A DNA stretch of 63,062 bases, counting the filler, from Reclinomonas americana ATCC 50394 (taxonomy: Eukaryota), in NCBI GenBank assembly GCA_048213135.1. It is 17 parts of 17 records of this genome, joined end to end, with 100 filler letters (N's around TTAATTAATTAA, not from the genome) between each part and the next. Parts side by side here need not be neighbours in the genome. Positions count along the whole stretch, not along the records: positions 46,604 to 51,870 come from AFZH01017472.1; positions 51,971 to 54,937 come from AFZH01017473.1; positions 55,038 to 63,062 come from AFZH01017474.1; 14 more parts are not named here. One strand, written 5' to 3'. Shown one piece after another: positions 48,987-63,012 of the stretch (position 1 is its first letter; each line of letters begins with the position of its first letter). The notes beneath the pieces are model-generated. The model saw only the letters and a program-made list of their open reading frames with translations. It searched no databases and was not told the DNA's origin. Both the position numbers and the translations under genes were made by a program.

Positions 48987-51900
48987 TCACAGTGCGCTGT
49001 GGATTCTGTCCGAGTGGGGAACTGCGGATAGAGGCCGCAGCTCCAGCCACGTCACATCGACGAGTCCCTGATCACCGTGCGTGTCGCTCGTGTGACTCGC
49101 CGACGGATCGTACACCATTCGGCGTTCGGTGCGCAACACCAATTCGAGGCTGGGAGGGGAACATGAGTTAGGATTACTGAGGTCCGTACATTGCTCAACA
49201 GGTGACGCCACTCACCCAACTCCATGGAACACCATCGCGTTCTTCTGTCGCACATATTGCTGGAGGTCGGTTTTCAGCTGTACAGTCGTGAGCGATAAGT
49301 ACCAAGCAACGGTAAGAGAAGAAAGGCAGCGAAACTCTCGTGGCCACATCGCGGACTCTCTTTGCCAGTCGTCCGAGATAGCACTGCCGAGGGAGATGAG
49401 GTGGGCGTGAGACTAATGAAAAGAGACGGGTGAGGAGGAGAGGAGTGCACTGGTGACCATCGACGAACCGGCATGAAGCAGATGCCAATGATCGTCATGC
49501 ACATGAGGATCGTCCACGTCATGGCCACCCAGAAGCGCGTGCCGACACGCTGCGCCTCGGCCACGTACGGCTCACAAAAGCGAGTGAGGTCGAGGATGAA
49601 ATTCTCGTACTCTTGTCGCGTCATCTGCGAGTAACGGGTGAGAAACACAGCGACAATTCAACAAGCACTGTTGTGCAGAACGCAACATACTGCTGCACCC
49701 ACACCGACGCATCGTGATCCCACTGGCAATCCACCTCCGAGTACGTCGCTGTGCCTTGCAGCAGCGGCTGCTTAATCGACGTGTTCCCATCGCCCGGGCT
49801 GCACGGCACTGCGTCAGTGACGGCAGTGCGTACAAATGACAGCACCACAACGCACCGAACCACCGGCCGAATGACCGTGGCCAGCGGACTCGACAGTGGG
49901 TACGGTCCAAACGAGCCCGGCTCCGCTGAGCAGTTCACTGGCGTCACCTCCAGCTCCACCCACAGGGCAAATGTTTGTCGAACCACGAGGCGCATGCTGG
50001 GGAGAGAGAGAGGGAGAGAGAGAGAGAGAAAGAGAGATGAGATCGACGGAAGTCTCATTCTCGCCAGACAACAACAAGTCTGCTCTTAGTGCCATGGATC
50101 ACTACCCTTTCTCCGAAAGCAGTCTCTCCACTGTTCATGAGCTGTCTCGAGCTCCCCAGTCCACCGCAGTCTCATTATCGTCTCTTCTGAAGGCTCTCTT
50201 TGCTCTTTTATCCTCCACTGCCCTTGCCTCTCGAACTCCCCAGTCCACCGCAGTCTCATTATCGTCTCTTCTGAAGTCCCTTTGCTCTTTTCTCCTCCAC
50301 TGCCCGTGCCCCTCGAGCTCCCCAGTCCGCCGCAGTCTCATTGTCGTCTCTTTTGAAGGCTCTCTTTGCTCTTTTATCCTCCACTGCCCTTGCCTCTCGA
50401 ACTCCCCAGTCCACCGCAGTCTCATTATCGTCTCTATAGAAGGCTCACTTTGCTCTTTTCTCCTCCATTGCCCTTGCCTCTCGAACTCCGCAGTCCACCG
50501 CAGTCTCATTACCGTCTCTTTTGAAGGCTCTTTATCCTCCACTGCCCTTGAATGCGAGCGTGACTGCGTACGTGCACGTGTGCTGTGTGCGCACTTTGCC
50601 TCGCTTTCTCTCACTTCTTCTCATCTCTTCTGTGTTGCGCAAGCATTCTCTTCCCCTCTCCACTCACCCCCTCTGCCGCAGCTCCTCATTCCGCCTGACA
50701 CACCACCGCTCGAGATCCACACGCATATCCTGCGCCTGCTGCGTCACTCGCGCATGCCGTCGCGTGAGGTACCACTGCTTGTCGCCATGAGCCTCATCCC
50801 ATTTCAAGTGCGATGGCCATGAATGAACGCAACAAGGACACACGGCAGCGGCACAATCAACACCAGCAGCAGTGAACAGCAGCAGAGAGTGAACACGGAG
50901 ATGCGAGCGCGCTGGAAAAAGTCGTGGAATTCTGTGGAAGCGTCGTTTAGCTGGCGTACGAGGCGTGCAAACTCGTCACTGGTGGGGAGAGGGCGGTCAG
51001 AAGAAGAAGGGCAAGCGAAAGTTGGGGATGCGAAGGAGGTGAGGCGACGTACCGATCCATCTGTGCAGGAGGTGAGTGAGTGAGAGGGGGAGGGGGAGGA
51101 GAGGAGAGGGGGTAGGGAGAAGGAAGGGAGAAGAGAAGTGAACGGAGAGAGAGAGGCGAAGGACACAGCAAGGAACTGAGGAGAAGAGAAGGAGATAGAA
51201 AGGGAGAGACAAGCAAGAGGAACCAGAAGAGTGAAAAGAGATGCAAAGAGAAAGGGAGGGAGAAAGAGCGAGACAGCGATGGGAGCAAGGCGAAGGACTT
51301 CGTGAGCGAGATAACGAACGAGCTGAAGAACGACAGAAGGACCGACGAAACTAGAACGGGAGAGACAGGCAAGAGGAACCAGAAGTGTGAATCGAAGAGG
51401 ATGCAAAGAGATGAGAAGAGAGGAATAGGGAGGAGAAAGACATGGTAGGAGAGACACAGCAAAGATAGGATGAACGACAGAAAGACACAGGGACTGAAGA
51501 GAAGAGCAGGAGAGAGAAAGGGAGACTGGCAAGAGGAACCAGAAGAGAAGAGGACGCAAAGAGAGAGATGCAGAGAAAGAGAGACAGTGATGACAGTGAA
51601 AAGAGAAGAGAAGAGGGTATACAAGACAGAGACGAACAGCAAGAACAGGGAGTGGAAGAGGAGGATAACGGGAGAGGCGAGAGACAGTGCAAGAGGGAGA
51701 CGAGGAGAAAGAGGGGACGAGAGATGCGAGGAGACGTTGAACGAGAAAGAGGGAGACAGCGATGGGAGCGAGAGGCCAGAGACAGACAACAAAGGGAAAG
51801 ATCAGAGAGAGGGACAGAGCAGTGGAGTAGACAGAAACGAAGCACAAGACAGATAAGAGGAGAATGAGAGNNNNNNNNNNNNNNNNNNNNNNNNNNNNNN

Positions 51901-52255
51901 NNNNNNNNNNNNNNTTAATTAATTAANNNNNNNNNNNNNNNNNNNNNNNNNNNNNNNNNNNNNNNNNNNNGAGAGAGAGAGAGAGAGATTGCTCGAGAGA
52001 TCGCAGAGAAACAACGCAACATGGCCCTCCAACACTGGCGGATACTCAGTGGACCAGAACCCTACGAGCGAGACACACACAGTCAGCCCACACGACAACA
52101 ACACGACAACACCCAAAAAACGCAAGCGAACCTGCGGGATCATCCCACCCGACCTTCTCAAAGCCCGCCGGCATCTTCGTCACAGTGGCCGGTCGGATTA
52201 CCGCGCGATACGCGTCGCCAGGTGGGAAACCGTGCAGCGCCGCCAACGAGGCCAT
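48987..52255 (-). CDS. Membrane protein with two tandem Erf4/Golgin-A7-like modules; 8-nt microexon; apparent frameshift near 50820
   Basis: Internal repeat: AVIRP/TVIRP, GWDDPAGFWSTEY/QWDHDASVWVQQY, MDRDEFARLVRQLN/MTRQEYENFILDLT, a hydrophobic segment, WP..WYL, DLERWCVRRN/DLQQYVRQKN. The family call is by pattern only. Confidence 0.45.
50140..50550. repeat. Intronic ~80-bp tandem repeat (CCCCAGTCCACCGCAGTCTCATTATCGTCTCT...)
   Basis: About five visible copies. Confidence 0.85.
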
Positions 52256-52744
52256 CTCAACTCACTCACAAAAACACACAAAGAGAAACGAATTCGAACT
52301 TCTGCGACAAGCTAAAAATGCAGACCAACAATCCGAACACGCGCGGATGCAAGCTGATGCACGGAGACTGAGGCGAAAGGAAAAAAAGAAAGCTCGCGCC
52401 TGAGTCTCTTTCATGCAGTGGCGAGCAGGAGACAAGCAAAGGCGGTTGCGATAAGATGAAAACCAAAATTCGAACTCGCTTTTCCTGCATCAACATCAGC
52501 TGCAGAGTCCAGCGCTGCATATGCATGTGTATATGCAAGCCTCCAGTCACGTACTTCACTGGCTGGCAAGGACGCCATGTACCTTGTATGCATCAGGCGC
52601 AACTTCGAACACAAGAAAGTTGGTGCACGTGCTTCTCCACGCACCAGCGCTGCACATGCGCAGGCCTAGGACACACCACAAGTCAACCCCTGCTACAGCA
52701 TGCAGTCCTTCTCCGTCGTTGCATCTGTCCTGTTTCGCGTCGTT

Positions 52745-55700
52745 ATGGAGAAGGAGAGCAGTGACAGCATCGAGGCTTTTTGTCGCGGTTTGCCCAAGGC
52801 TGTTGCGTGTGTACTTCTTCCTCCAACTCCTCTTCTTCTTTTCCTCATTGTGGCACCACAGGAACTGCATGCGCATTTGAGTGGCTCGGTGTCGGATGAG
52901 ACGCTGCGGCGAGTGGCGGGCGATGCAGTGGCGTGGAACTTTTCGCGCGGCAGTCGCTCGCTCTCGGAGTTGAGGGGGGAAGGAAGGGGAAAGAAGGGGA
53001 AGGGAGGGATAGAGAAGAGAGAGATGAGTGAGAGAAGAGAGAGAGATGACTCCTCCCGTCTCACTGCTCTCCCATCACTCTCCTCCCCCATCACTCTGCT
53101 CTCCCTAGTCACTCTGCTCCCCAGTCACTCTCCTCCCCAGTCACTCTCCTCCCCAATCACTCTGCACTCCAGTCACTCTGCTCCTCAGTCACCCTGCTCT
53201 CCAGTCACCCTGCTCTCCAGTCACCCTGCTCTCCAGTCACTCTGCTCCTCAGTCACTCTGCTCCCCAGTCACTCTCCTCCCCCATCACTCTGCTCCCTGT
53301 CACACTGTCAGTCACTCTGCGCCCCCGTGTCACTCTGCACTCCGTAACTCTGTTCTCCTGTCACTCTGCTCCCCAGTCACTCTGCTCCACCGTCACTGCT
53401 CCCCAGTCTCCCTGCACTCCCGTCTCTTTGCTCCCCAGTCACACTGCTCCTCAGTCACACTGCTCTCCGGTCACTCTGCTCTCCAGTCACTCTTCTCCCC
53501 ATTCACACTGCACTTCAGTCACTCTGCTCCCCAGTCACTCTGCTCCCCAATTACTCTGCTCCCCAATCACTCCGCTCTCCAGTCATCTGCTCCCCCTTCA
53601 CTCTTCCTCTCTCAATGTGCCTCTCCGTCCACTGCCTTCTGTCGCACTGCCAGTCACTCTGCGCCTCCGTGTCACTCTGCTCTCCAGTCATCTGCTCCCC
53701 CGTCACTCTTCATCTCAATGTGCTTCCCCGTCCACTGCCTTCTGTCGCACTAACCCTCTCTTTTCCCTCCTTCTCCTCCGCCACGCAGGTGCTTCTCCAT
53801 CTTCCAAATCGTGCAAGAGGTGACCAACAAGCCATCTGTGCTGCGCCAAGTGACCAAGGATGTGAGTACGCCCTTCCCCCCACCTCGTCAGCTTCTATCT
53901 GACGCTTGTTGCAGATTGTGCTCGAGTTTGCCGCCGACAATGTGCGCTACCTGGAGCTGCGCACCGGACCGCGCGATGTGCCAGAGACCGGCATGACGAA
54001 GGATTCGTTGCGTCTAGTGCATGCACACAAGCACGCAAATACACGCACTTGCACACGTGCAGAATTCTCCTCTTGCCGTTCCCTCACACTTCTCCCCGCC
54101 TTCGTCTTTGCTCCACACCATGTGCCCCCCGCGATTTCGACCCTTTGTTCGCGACTCTTGGCTCTAAATCTTTGTCTCTCGTCAACCCTTGATTCGCGGC
54201 CCTGCGCTCTCGCGACCCTTGTCTTGCGACCCTTGTTGTTCAACCCTTGTCTGCGGATCCTTGATTTGCAACCCTTGTCACTCCGCCAACCCTTATCTCG
54301 CAACCCTTGATTCACAACCCCTGTTTCCCAACCGTTGCCTCGCAACCCTTGCCCGTGTCTACTACTGACCCTCGATTCGCGACCCGTGTCACTCTGTCAA
54401 CCCTCTATTCGCAACCCTTGTTGGTCGACCCTTGTCGTTGGCTAACCCGTGGCTGCCAACCCTTGCCTCGCGACCCTTGGCTCTTTCGACCCTAAATTCT
54501 TGACCCTTGTCACTCTGCCGACCCTTGAGTCTTGACCTTGCCTCGCGACCCTTGCCTCGCAACCCTTGTCATTTCCTCACTTCGTTCTCTTCTCCTCCAC
54601 TTTGACAGCTACATGGAGATGGTCACCGAGGGCATCCGCGACGCCCTGGCCGAGTGCCCAACACCCATCACCGTGCGCCTGCTGGTTAGCATCAACCGCG
54701 GCCGGCCAATGTTGCGTGTGATAACAGAAGATCTTCTGTGTCCCTCTTCTTCAATGCAACCTTTGCTGTCGTCGTCTTTGCCTCTCTGGCACTGTTTCCT
54801 TCCATTCCTTCACTCTTCTGTCGACGCTTCCCTGTACTCTTTCCTCACTCTTCTCTCTCTCTCCTTCCTGTTCCTTCCCCCTGTTCCTTTCCCCTGTTCC
54901 TTCCCCCTTTTCCTTCCCCCTTTTTCCTTCCCCCTTTNNNNNNNNNNNNNNNNNNNNNNNNNNNNNNNNNNNNNNNNNNNNTTAATTAATTAANNNNNNN
55001 NNNNNNNNNNNNNNNNNNNNNNNNNNNNNNNNNNNNNTGTTCCTTCCCCCCTGTTCCTTTCCCCTATTCCTTCCCCCTGTTCCTTTCCCCTGTTCCTTTC
55101 CCCTGTTCCTTTCCCCTTCTCCTTCCCCCTCTCCTTCCCCCTTCTTCCCCTTTTCCTTCCCCTTTTCCTTCCCCTTATCCTTCCCCTTTTCCTTCCCCCT
55201 TCGCCTCACTCTTTGCCTATTTCAGCGACGACGCCAAGGCCAACATCGACATCGCCCTGCGCTGGCGCGACCGCGGCGTCGTCGGCGTCGAAATCGGCGG
55301 CGACCCCTCCGTTGCGCCCTCCCTTCCCCTCCTACCCCCCTTGCCCTTTTTGCCCACCCTTTCCTCTCACATAGAAAGGCGACATGCACGCCCTCCTCGC
55401 CGAACTCGAGCGCGTGCGCGCGGCCGGCCTACCCATCTCGATTCACTTTGCGGAGCTCGACAACGACGCCGAAGCGAATGCCATTCTCGAATTCGCGCCC
55501 GAGCGTGTCGGCCACGCCGTGTGCATGAGCGACGCGGTGCGTGAGCGTCTCGTGGGTTCGCGCATTCCGGTGGAGATCTGCTTGACCAGCAACATCAAGA
55601 CGCTGAGTGCGTCGTCCGTCGACGGTCACGCCTTTGCGGCGCTGCGGCAGGCCGGTCATGTGTGTGCCCTGTCGGTGCGTCAACAATGACGACGATGCGC

Positions 55701-55952
55701 GCGCGCGTGTGTGTGAGTGAGTGGTGTTTCTCACTGTGTTGCTGGCAGACCGACGACAAGGGAGTTTTTGAGACGTCGCTGTCGCACGAGTACGTGCTGG
55801 CGGCGCGTGAGTTGTCGCTCTCGCGGCGCGAGCTGGCCGAGTTGGCAGAGCAGGCGGCCACGGTGGCGTTTGCCGAGCCGGCGGTTCGTGAGGCGTTGGT
55901 GGAGGAGATTCGGCGGTATGTGGTGCAACAGCTGGGCAGCGATGCAGAGTGA
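52745..55952 (+). CDS. ADAL: Adenosine deaminase-like protein (ADAL/MAPDA, N6-methyl-AMP deaminase family)
   Basis: LPKA|ELHAHLSGSVS, FAADNVRYLELRTGPR, ITVRLLVSINR, VVGVEIGGDP, SIHFAE, PERVGHA, IPVEICLTSN, S|TDDKGVFETSLSHEY. Confidence 0.93.
53050..53750. repeat. Intronic GTCACTCTGCTCCCCA-type minisatellite
   Basis: Degenerate tandem array. Confidence 0.8.
54130..54570. repeat. Intronic CG(C/A)ACCCTTG-type minisatellite
   Basis: Degenerate tandem array. Confidence 0.75.
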
Positions 55953-57538
55953 AGGCGGTGGCGAGAAACCGAGCACTCGTCAAGAACTGTTTCTTTACTA
56001 TTCGCCTTTTGAGGGCTGGGGTCCCCGACGATACTGCCATGACGATTTTCCTGTTTGTGCAAGGATGGAAGGTATGCAGTCAGGCAAGCAGTGGCTGGGC
56101 GCGCTGAGTTGGTCAGGCAGAGGCAGTGGGAACCGCGCAGCTCCTGCAAGGTCTGCTTGGAGAGCTCGCGAGGCCATCAGCAGCGCATGTCCAATCGTCG
56201 TTCTGCGATACCGGCCAACTGCGGTCACAGTGTGTGGAGTGCATGGATCCATATGCTGCTCTCTTCCACAGACAGCCGATACCTGGAGGTGCTGGGTTCT
56301 GCGAGACAGCGCTCGATTGATTGGGATTGCCCTTTTGCGCGCCACTTATGGACATCGACGGCCGTGGATTTTGGCTGACTCTTTCACCCACTTTATGGTG
56401 TATCTTCTCGCCTGCGTGCAACTCATTGAAAACAAGAAATGCTCAGCGCGCGCGCGCGCGTCGGCACGAGTGACGTGGGCCAGTGTCGTGACTGGATTAT
56501 TAGCCGCCGTTATTGCCTCCATCTGCATTGCAATAATTGTCGTTGTAATGACCGCGATTGCTGGCAATGCAGTGCCAATCGCTGATGGGTCTGGGCAGGT
56601 TGGGTGGATGATTATGGGCCAGATGCGAGGTGTCAACAGCTGTGTTGATTACCAAGTCCAGCCACACACCGACATCAACGCTGGCAGCAGTGATGACGGC
56701 AGGAGGATAGCCTTTCTGTGTGTGCGCGCGTGTGTGTGTTCATGCAGACATTTCTCCTTCTTCTCTGCGATTCTGATGCTCACTCAAGATGGATCATCGT
56801 GCACGTACTGTGTTGCTGTTGGTCATTCTGTGTGCTTGTGCGTGTTCACTCTGAGCTTCGAACACAAGCAATTCTGCAAAGTTCCAAGAGTGAACACGCA
56901 CAGGCACTCCGCATCCTATCGCCGCCGTGGTCAGTGGTGCTTCTGCCCAACAAATTGACATTGGTGGACATGGCCATCGCAACGCGCGAGGCAGCTGCAC
57001 TGGTGTTGCAGATTGTTGTTGGCAGCGGCAAACAAATCGTTGTTGCCCACTCCGCAGAAAGGAAGCCAGCAGAAGCGAACCGAAAGAAGAGGAGAGGGAA
57101 TCCGCAACCCTCTGCGCTCGCTGCTCTGTCCTTCTTTTGCACGTCACCGAGTTTCCAGTATTGCAATTGCAATTGAACGCGTACGCGTTCGAATTCGGAT
57201 ATATATGCACTCACTCAATCATCTTTGCGATATACGGACCACCGCCGACGCCGCACACATCACCGACTGCATAGGCGACGCAACCTAATTGTGGAAGAAG
57301 TTCCCGGAGACGTAAAAAACCCAAAAATACATTTTCGGTATTTTGTGTCCTTTCGCCGGTCGAAGTGCTTGCCTCATCGGGCGAAAGTCAATCATTTGTT
57401 TCCACCCACACGCGCAACAACAACAAACGGAGAAGAGAGAAAGAAGGAAGAGCACGCATCACTGTCTCCCACACTGCGACATACACACACAACACACGCG
57501 CGTGTGTCTCTTTGTGTCTGTGTGTGTTTTTTGTTATC

Positions 57539-60500
57539 ATGTCAGCCGCCGAGTCAGCACGACGACGACGATTCACAGTGGAGCCCTCCTCCTCCTCCTC
57601 CTCCACTGCCATACCTCCACTCGAGCGCGCAACCAGTGACGGCCGCACTCTGCCTCCACACAGCAAGTCCTCCTCTTTCTCCTCCTCCTCCAAGTCCTCA
57701 GCATCTTCTTCATCATCGTCTTCGTCTTTGCTGGCGCCACCACTTGCTGTGCATCGCGAGTCGGACTTGGAGAGCGAGGTCGCGCGGCAACGAGAGGCCC
57801 TGGAGGAGCGCACACTGGAGCGCATCTTTGATCACTTGCGCGACACGAGCTCAGTGGGGCATCGAATCTATGCGGTGAGTCAGAGAGAGGCAGAGAGGCA
57901 CAGGTAGAGAGGCAGAGAGAGACACGACTTTGGAGTGGCTTGAGAGAAATCATTCGTCTTTCTGTGTTGGTGGTACTCGCATTTGCGCGTTCCTTCTTCC
58001 TTGCGTTATATATCGCCTGCCACTCCAGTGTATTGCTCAGTTGTGTCTTTATATGCACCAGTGTGTGGTCCTCCTCGATCCTGTCTGGGTCCACCTCCAC
58101 TGGTGCTTCTCTCGCCGTCTTCTGATCTTGTCAGATCCATGTCCTCTTGTGCCCCCTTCCATCGCTCCACCTCTTGTTGGCGCCCGTTATCTTCTGATCC
58201 CTGTCTGGTCCATCCGTGGTCCGCCCTTGTGTTGGTGCCCGTTATCTTGTGATCCCTGTCGTGTCCGTCTCCACTTGGTGCTTCACCCTCTCCGTCTTCT
58301 GATCTTGTCAGATCCATGTCCTCTTGTGCCCCTTCCACCTCGTGTTGGCGCCCGTTATCTTCTGATCCCTGTCTGATCCGTCCGTGGTCCATCTTGTATT
58401 GGTGTCCTTCTGCATCTGTGTCGGATGAATCTCCCTCAGACCCCTACTTCTCTCTCCGTTGTCTGGTGCTTCTCTTCTTCCATTGTCTGCGCCGGTCTCT
58501 GATGCATCTCCTCTTGTGCCCCCTCCCTTCGCTCTACATCGTGTTGGTGCCCGTTATCTTGTGATCCCTGTTGTGTCCGTCTCCACTTGGTGCCTCCCTC
58601 TCTCACTGATGTATCTCCTCTTGTCCCCCCACGTCGCTCCACCACTTGTTGGCGCCGATCTTCTGATCCTGCCTGGTCCGTCCGTGGTCCATCTTGTATT
58701 GGTGTCTTTCTGCATCAAGTGTCGGATGAATCTCCCTTAGACCCCCACTTCTCTCTTCTTTCATTGTCTGCGCCGGTCTCTGATGCATCTCCTCTTGTGC
58801 CCGCCCTTCGCTGCACCTCGTGCTGGTGCCCGTTGTTTTCTGTTTCTTGTCTTGTTCGTCTCCACTTGGTTCTTCCCTTCTTTCAAAGTCTGCACCGGTC
58901 TTTGATGCACCGCCTCTTGTCTGGTCCGCCCTTCTACTTTGTATCGGTGTCTCTTCCTTCTCCGTTGTCTTCTGCTCCTGTCTGGTCCTCGCTCCTCTCT
59001 CCGTCTCCCGATCTTGTCCACTGGTCACCCTTTGTCCCCCTTTTTCTGGTCCACTGATCCCACCCACCCTCTGTTCTTCCGTGTCTGATGCATCTTCACT
59101 TGTTCCCTCTCTTTGCTCCACCTCATGTTTGCGCCCGTTATCTTCTGATCTTTTTGTTCGTCTCCATTGGTCCCACCTTTTCATGTTTCTGCTGTTCCTT
59201 TCTGGTCCCCGCTCGCTTCTCTCTCCGTCTTTCGAAATTGTCAGGACCATCTCCACTGATCCCACCCTCTTCTCCACCCTCCCCTTTCTGATCTTGTCAT
59301 GTCCGTCTCCCCTTCTGCTCGTTCCAGTTCTCCTCCCTCTATCAGGTCCATCTCTACTCGTCCCCCATTCTCTTGGAATCTTGGCCGTCTGCGCGCTCAC
59401 TACTCACTCACTACGCGCTTCTTCATGGCACGTGCATGCACCGAATTGCTGCGCTAATATTGATCATGTGTCGTAATTCTGTTTTTTTGCAGATATCGGC
59501 TCCACTCACGCTGTCGTTCATGACTGCGTGGAGCATCTGGGTGCGTGCGTGTGCGCGTGTGTCGCACAGAGGGCGGTGAGTGGTTGGCTGACACGCGCAT
59601 GCAGGATGCCGAGAGCACGTGGCTCGCCGCGCTGCTGGCTGTTTTCCACATGGCGACGATTGTGGTGTTGCTGCCCAAGGTGCTGAAGGTGCAGCGCGGC
59701 TCGTCGTTCCAGCAGGCGCAGGTCATGCTGCAGTGCATGCTTGTTGCGTGGGGGAATTACGGAAGTGTGGGAGGGCCTCTCAGTTTTGGTGCTCACTGCG
59801 GCACACACACAGTCCAAGAACGATCAACGGAAGCGCCTCTTCGGCATCCTGTTCATCTGCTTGGATGCCGTGTGTCACGTGCTGCGCTGCCTCCTCGCAC
59901 GCAGTTTTCCGGCGTGGTCGTGTTTCGTCCTGCCACTGCTGAGACTTTTCTCTGTTTTTGGCTAACACTTGCCTTCGCAAAACAGACCCAATTTTGTGCA
60001 TGGTGTTTGCGTCCGTGGTGGTCATCGACGAGTGGATCAACTTGTTGGCCGTGTTCGTGTACTCCATCACTGCCGGTGCCGTGTTGATGGCGCGCGGCGA
60101 CGTGGCAGTCGGCCTGGGGGCGTTTATGACGCTCTTTATTGTCGGCATTGCCGGCAACAATCTGACACGCTCCGTTCGCGTCACCGTGCACGCCCTGTCG
60201 GCGGCACTGATTGAGCGTCGCAAGTTTTTGTCACGGTCAGTCGGGGTGCGAGGGCAGGAAGATAGGTCGCTCTTTTTTGCAGACTGCACACAAGCACAAT
60301 TATGCTGTTTCTCCGCATATCTGCCGCTCTTTGACTGCAGCACGATATTCGTCAACATTCAGTTCGCGTTATTCTTTGCTTGCTCGTCACCTCCGCTGTT
60401 TCTGTGCGTGGTTCGACTTGCACCTTTCGTTTCCTTTGCCACTTCTGCCTCCACGTCACACTGTTCGAGATCTGTGTCGCGCCACAAGATCCGTTGTGCA

Positions 60501-63012
60501 GTGTTCGCTCTCACTTTCGCATGACTACTCTCAGGCTCTCTCCTTCTCTGTACCATGTCTTTTACGCGGGTGATAGATGCCCTTAGTTGCATCTTCTGCA
60601 GTGTGAGTCAGCTTTCCACTTCGTCCATCTGCCTCACATTGCTGTCATGGCGTCCCTCAGGCTATCTCTCTCCTTCTCTGCGCGCTTTATCTTGGCTCTT
60701 GCTCGAATGGTTGATTCCCATCGCTTTCGTGTTTTGTCCTTCTTCTGGTGCACTATCCGTCCATCTACCCTGCAGCGTGCCTCAGTCTGTCTCTCTCTTT
60801 TTGTGCGCTTTAATCGTGACCCTTGCTCGAATGGTCGATTCCCATTGCTCTCTTGCATTGTCCTTCTGGTGCTCTGTTGCGGTCAGCTTGACTATCCGTC
60901 CATCTGCCCTGCAGCGTGTCTCAGTCTGTCTGTCTCTCTTCTTTGCGCTTTATCATGACTCTTGGTCGCATGGTTGATGCCCTTCGCTGTGCGCCATCTT
61001 TGCCGCCTCCCTGCCACCGCTCTGCGGCCGCACTTTTTATCTTTTTCTCCATCAGCAAGCGTATCGTGTCTGCTCCTCAATATTTTGCACTCTCTTTCCG
61101 ATTGTGGACGCTCGTCTCTCCGTCAACGCTGGCTCTCCTATCCGTTGCAAATCGAGTTGCTTGTATCCACTCTCTGAGTCTATCTCGCACTTCGTCGTTC
61201 ATCTGCACTTCGCTCCAATCTCCCCACTTTCTCTTCGTCACTCCTCTTTACTTCTACTCCTCTCCCCCTCGCCCTCCACTTCCCACCCCTTCCCCTCTTA
61301 TCTCCTTCCCCTCTTATCCCTTCCTCTCACACCGTCCCCCTCTCCCCTCCCTTCCTCTCACTGCTTCTCTCTTCCCCTTCTATTTCCTTCCCTCCCCCTC
61401 CCTTCCCCTTCTATCCTGTCCTCTCCCACCGTGCCCCTCCTACCCCTTCCCCTCTTATCCCTTCCTCTCCTCATTTCCCCTCTCCTCACTTCCCCTCCTA
61501 CCCCTTCCCCTGTCCTTTCCCCTCCCACTTTCTCCTCACTTCCCCCCTCCTCGCAGCATGTCACACGAACTCCGCGGCCCACTCTTCGGCTTGTCGGCCG
61601 CCTCGGACATTCTGCGCGACTCGGTCACCGACCCGAACCACGTTGAACTCGTGTCCAGCGTGCAAGAGTGCGCCGGTCGACTCAACGGGTGCGTGCTTTA
61701 TGGTGTGCCTCGAAGAACAAGGTTGTTGTCATTCTCATGTTGCGTGATGTGCAGCCTGGTCAACGACTTTCTGCTGTTCTCCAAACTCGAAGCCACCGGC
61801 ATTGTCAACTACACCCCTGTGGCGTTGCATGCGCTGCTCCGCGATGTGTTTTCATCTCTCCGCTTCATGTGCCAGCAAGAGGGGTGCGTCGTCGACAAAG
61901 CTCAAATGTACTTTCGTTAACTGACCATGTGCCTTGCAGACTCGAGTTCCACTTGGAGATTGGCGACGACGTGCCGCGGACGATATTCTCCGATGCGACC
62001 TTGCTGACGGAGGCAGTCACCAATATTATCACGAACGCCATCAAATGTTGCGTTCATTCACCGACTTGTCTCTTCCATAGCTTCTCATTCTTTCTGCAGA
62101 CACGGATCGCGGTTCAGTCACATTGCGCGCCAAGTACGACGCTCTCAACGATACAGTGTTGATCTCGGTCGTTGACACGGGCCGCGGCGTTCCAGGTTTG
62201 CGCGTGATTAGCCACCGATCCTCTCGAGATTTCTGCATTCTAACTTTGTGCAGAGCACATGCACGAACGAGTCTTCGTCCCCTTTGGTCAGGCGCACACC
62301 CTGGCCACCTCGCACGCAAGCACGGGACTGGGGTGCGTAATGATGCAGCATGTCGCCCTCCTTCTGTATGCTCAATCGCCGCTGCGCGCAGGCTGAGCAT
62401 CGTCAGAGAAATCATGCTCTCGCTCGGCGGCCAAGTGCAACTGCAGAGTGAGGTGGACGTGGGCTCCACATTTACCCTGTTCGGTACGCGTTTTCTCCGC
62501 GCTGCCCTCCATTGCCCCACTGCCTGACATGATTCCGCCTGCAGTTCCCGCCCGCAGCAACGAGCTGGTCGCGGCACAGCACCCGAGTCCTCGCACCGAC
62601 ACCGGACCGCTCTCCCGCTCCGCGACGGCGGTGGCTGCAAGTCGTGACGCCAATGAGCTCTCGCTGGCTTCCTGCGACGAGAGCGAAGCAACGCAGCCGG
62701 CCGAGTGCCGCATCTTGTGCGTCCTCCTTGTTCGCAACCTGGTGAATGTGTATGAATTCAAACTTTGCGCATCACCTTCGTTGCAGCCTCATCGACGACC
62801 AGATGGTCATCACCAAGGTGTGGACAGTTGCTGTTCTCACTCTCCTTCTCTTCGTATGTTCATCGCCTCCGTGCTTTCGCAGTTGGCGGCGCGTCTGATT
62901 CAGAAAATTACGGCATCTTTTGTCGACATTGAGGTGGTTGTCGAGGTGTTCGGCAATGGAGTGGTGAGTCCTGCACCATGTGGAGAGAGAGAGAGAGAGA
63001 GAGGAGAGAGAG

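Noticed and set aside
52745..55952. ADAL as a member of the kynurenine cluster
   Set aside because: Shares only the amidohydrolase fold with ACMSD, has a known purine role, and is separated by an unrelated gene.
55717..56958. 413-aa plus-strand ORF as a single gene
   Set aside because: Overlaps the last ADAL exon out of frame, has no recognisable domain, and runs through intron-like GT-rich sequence.
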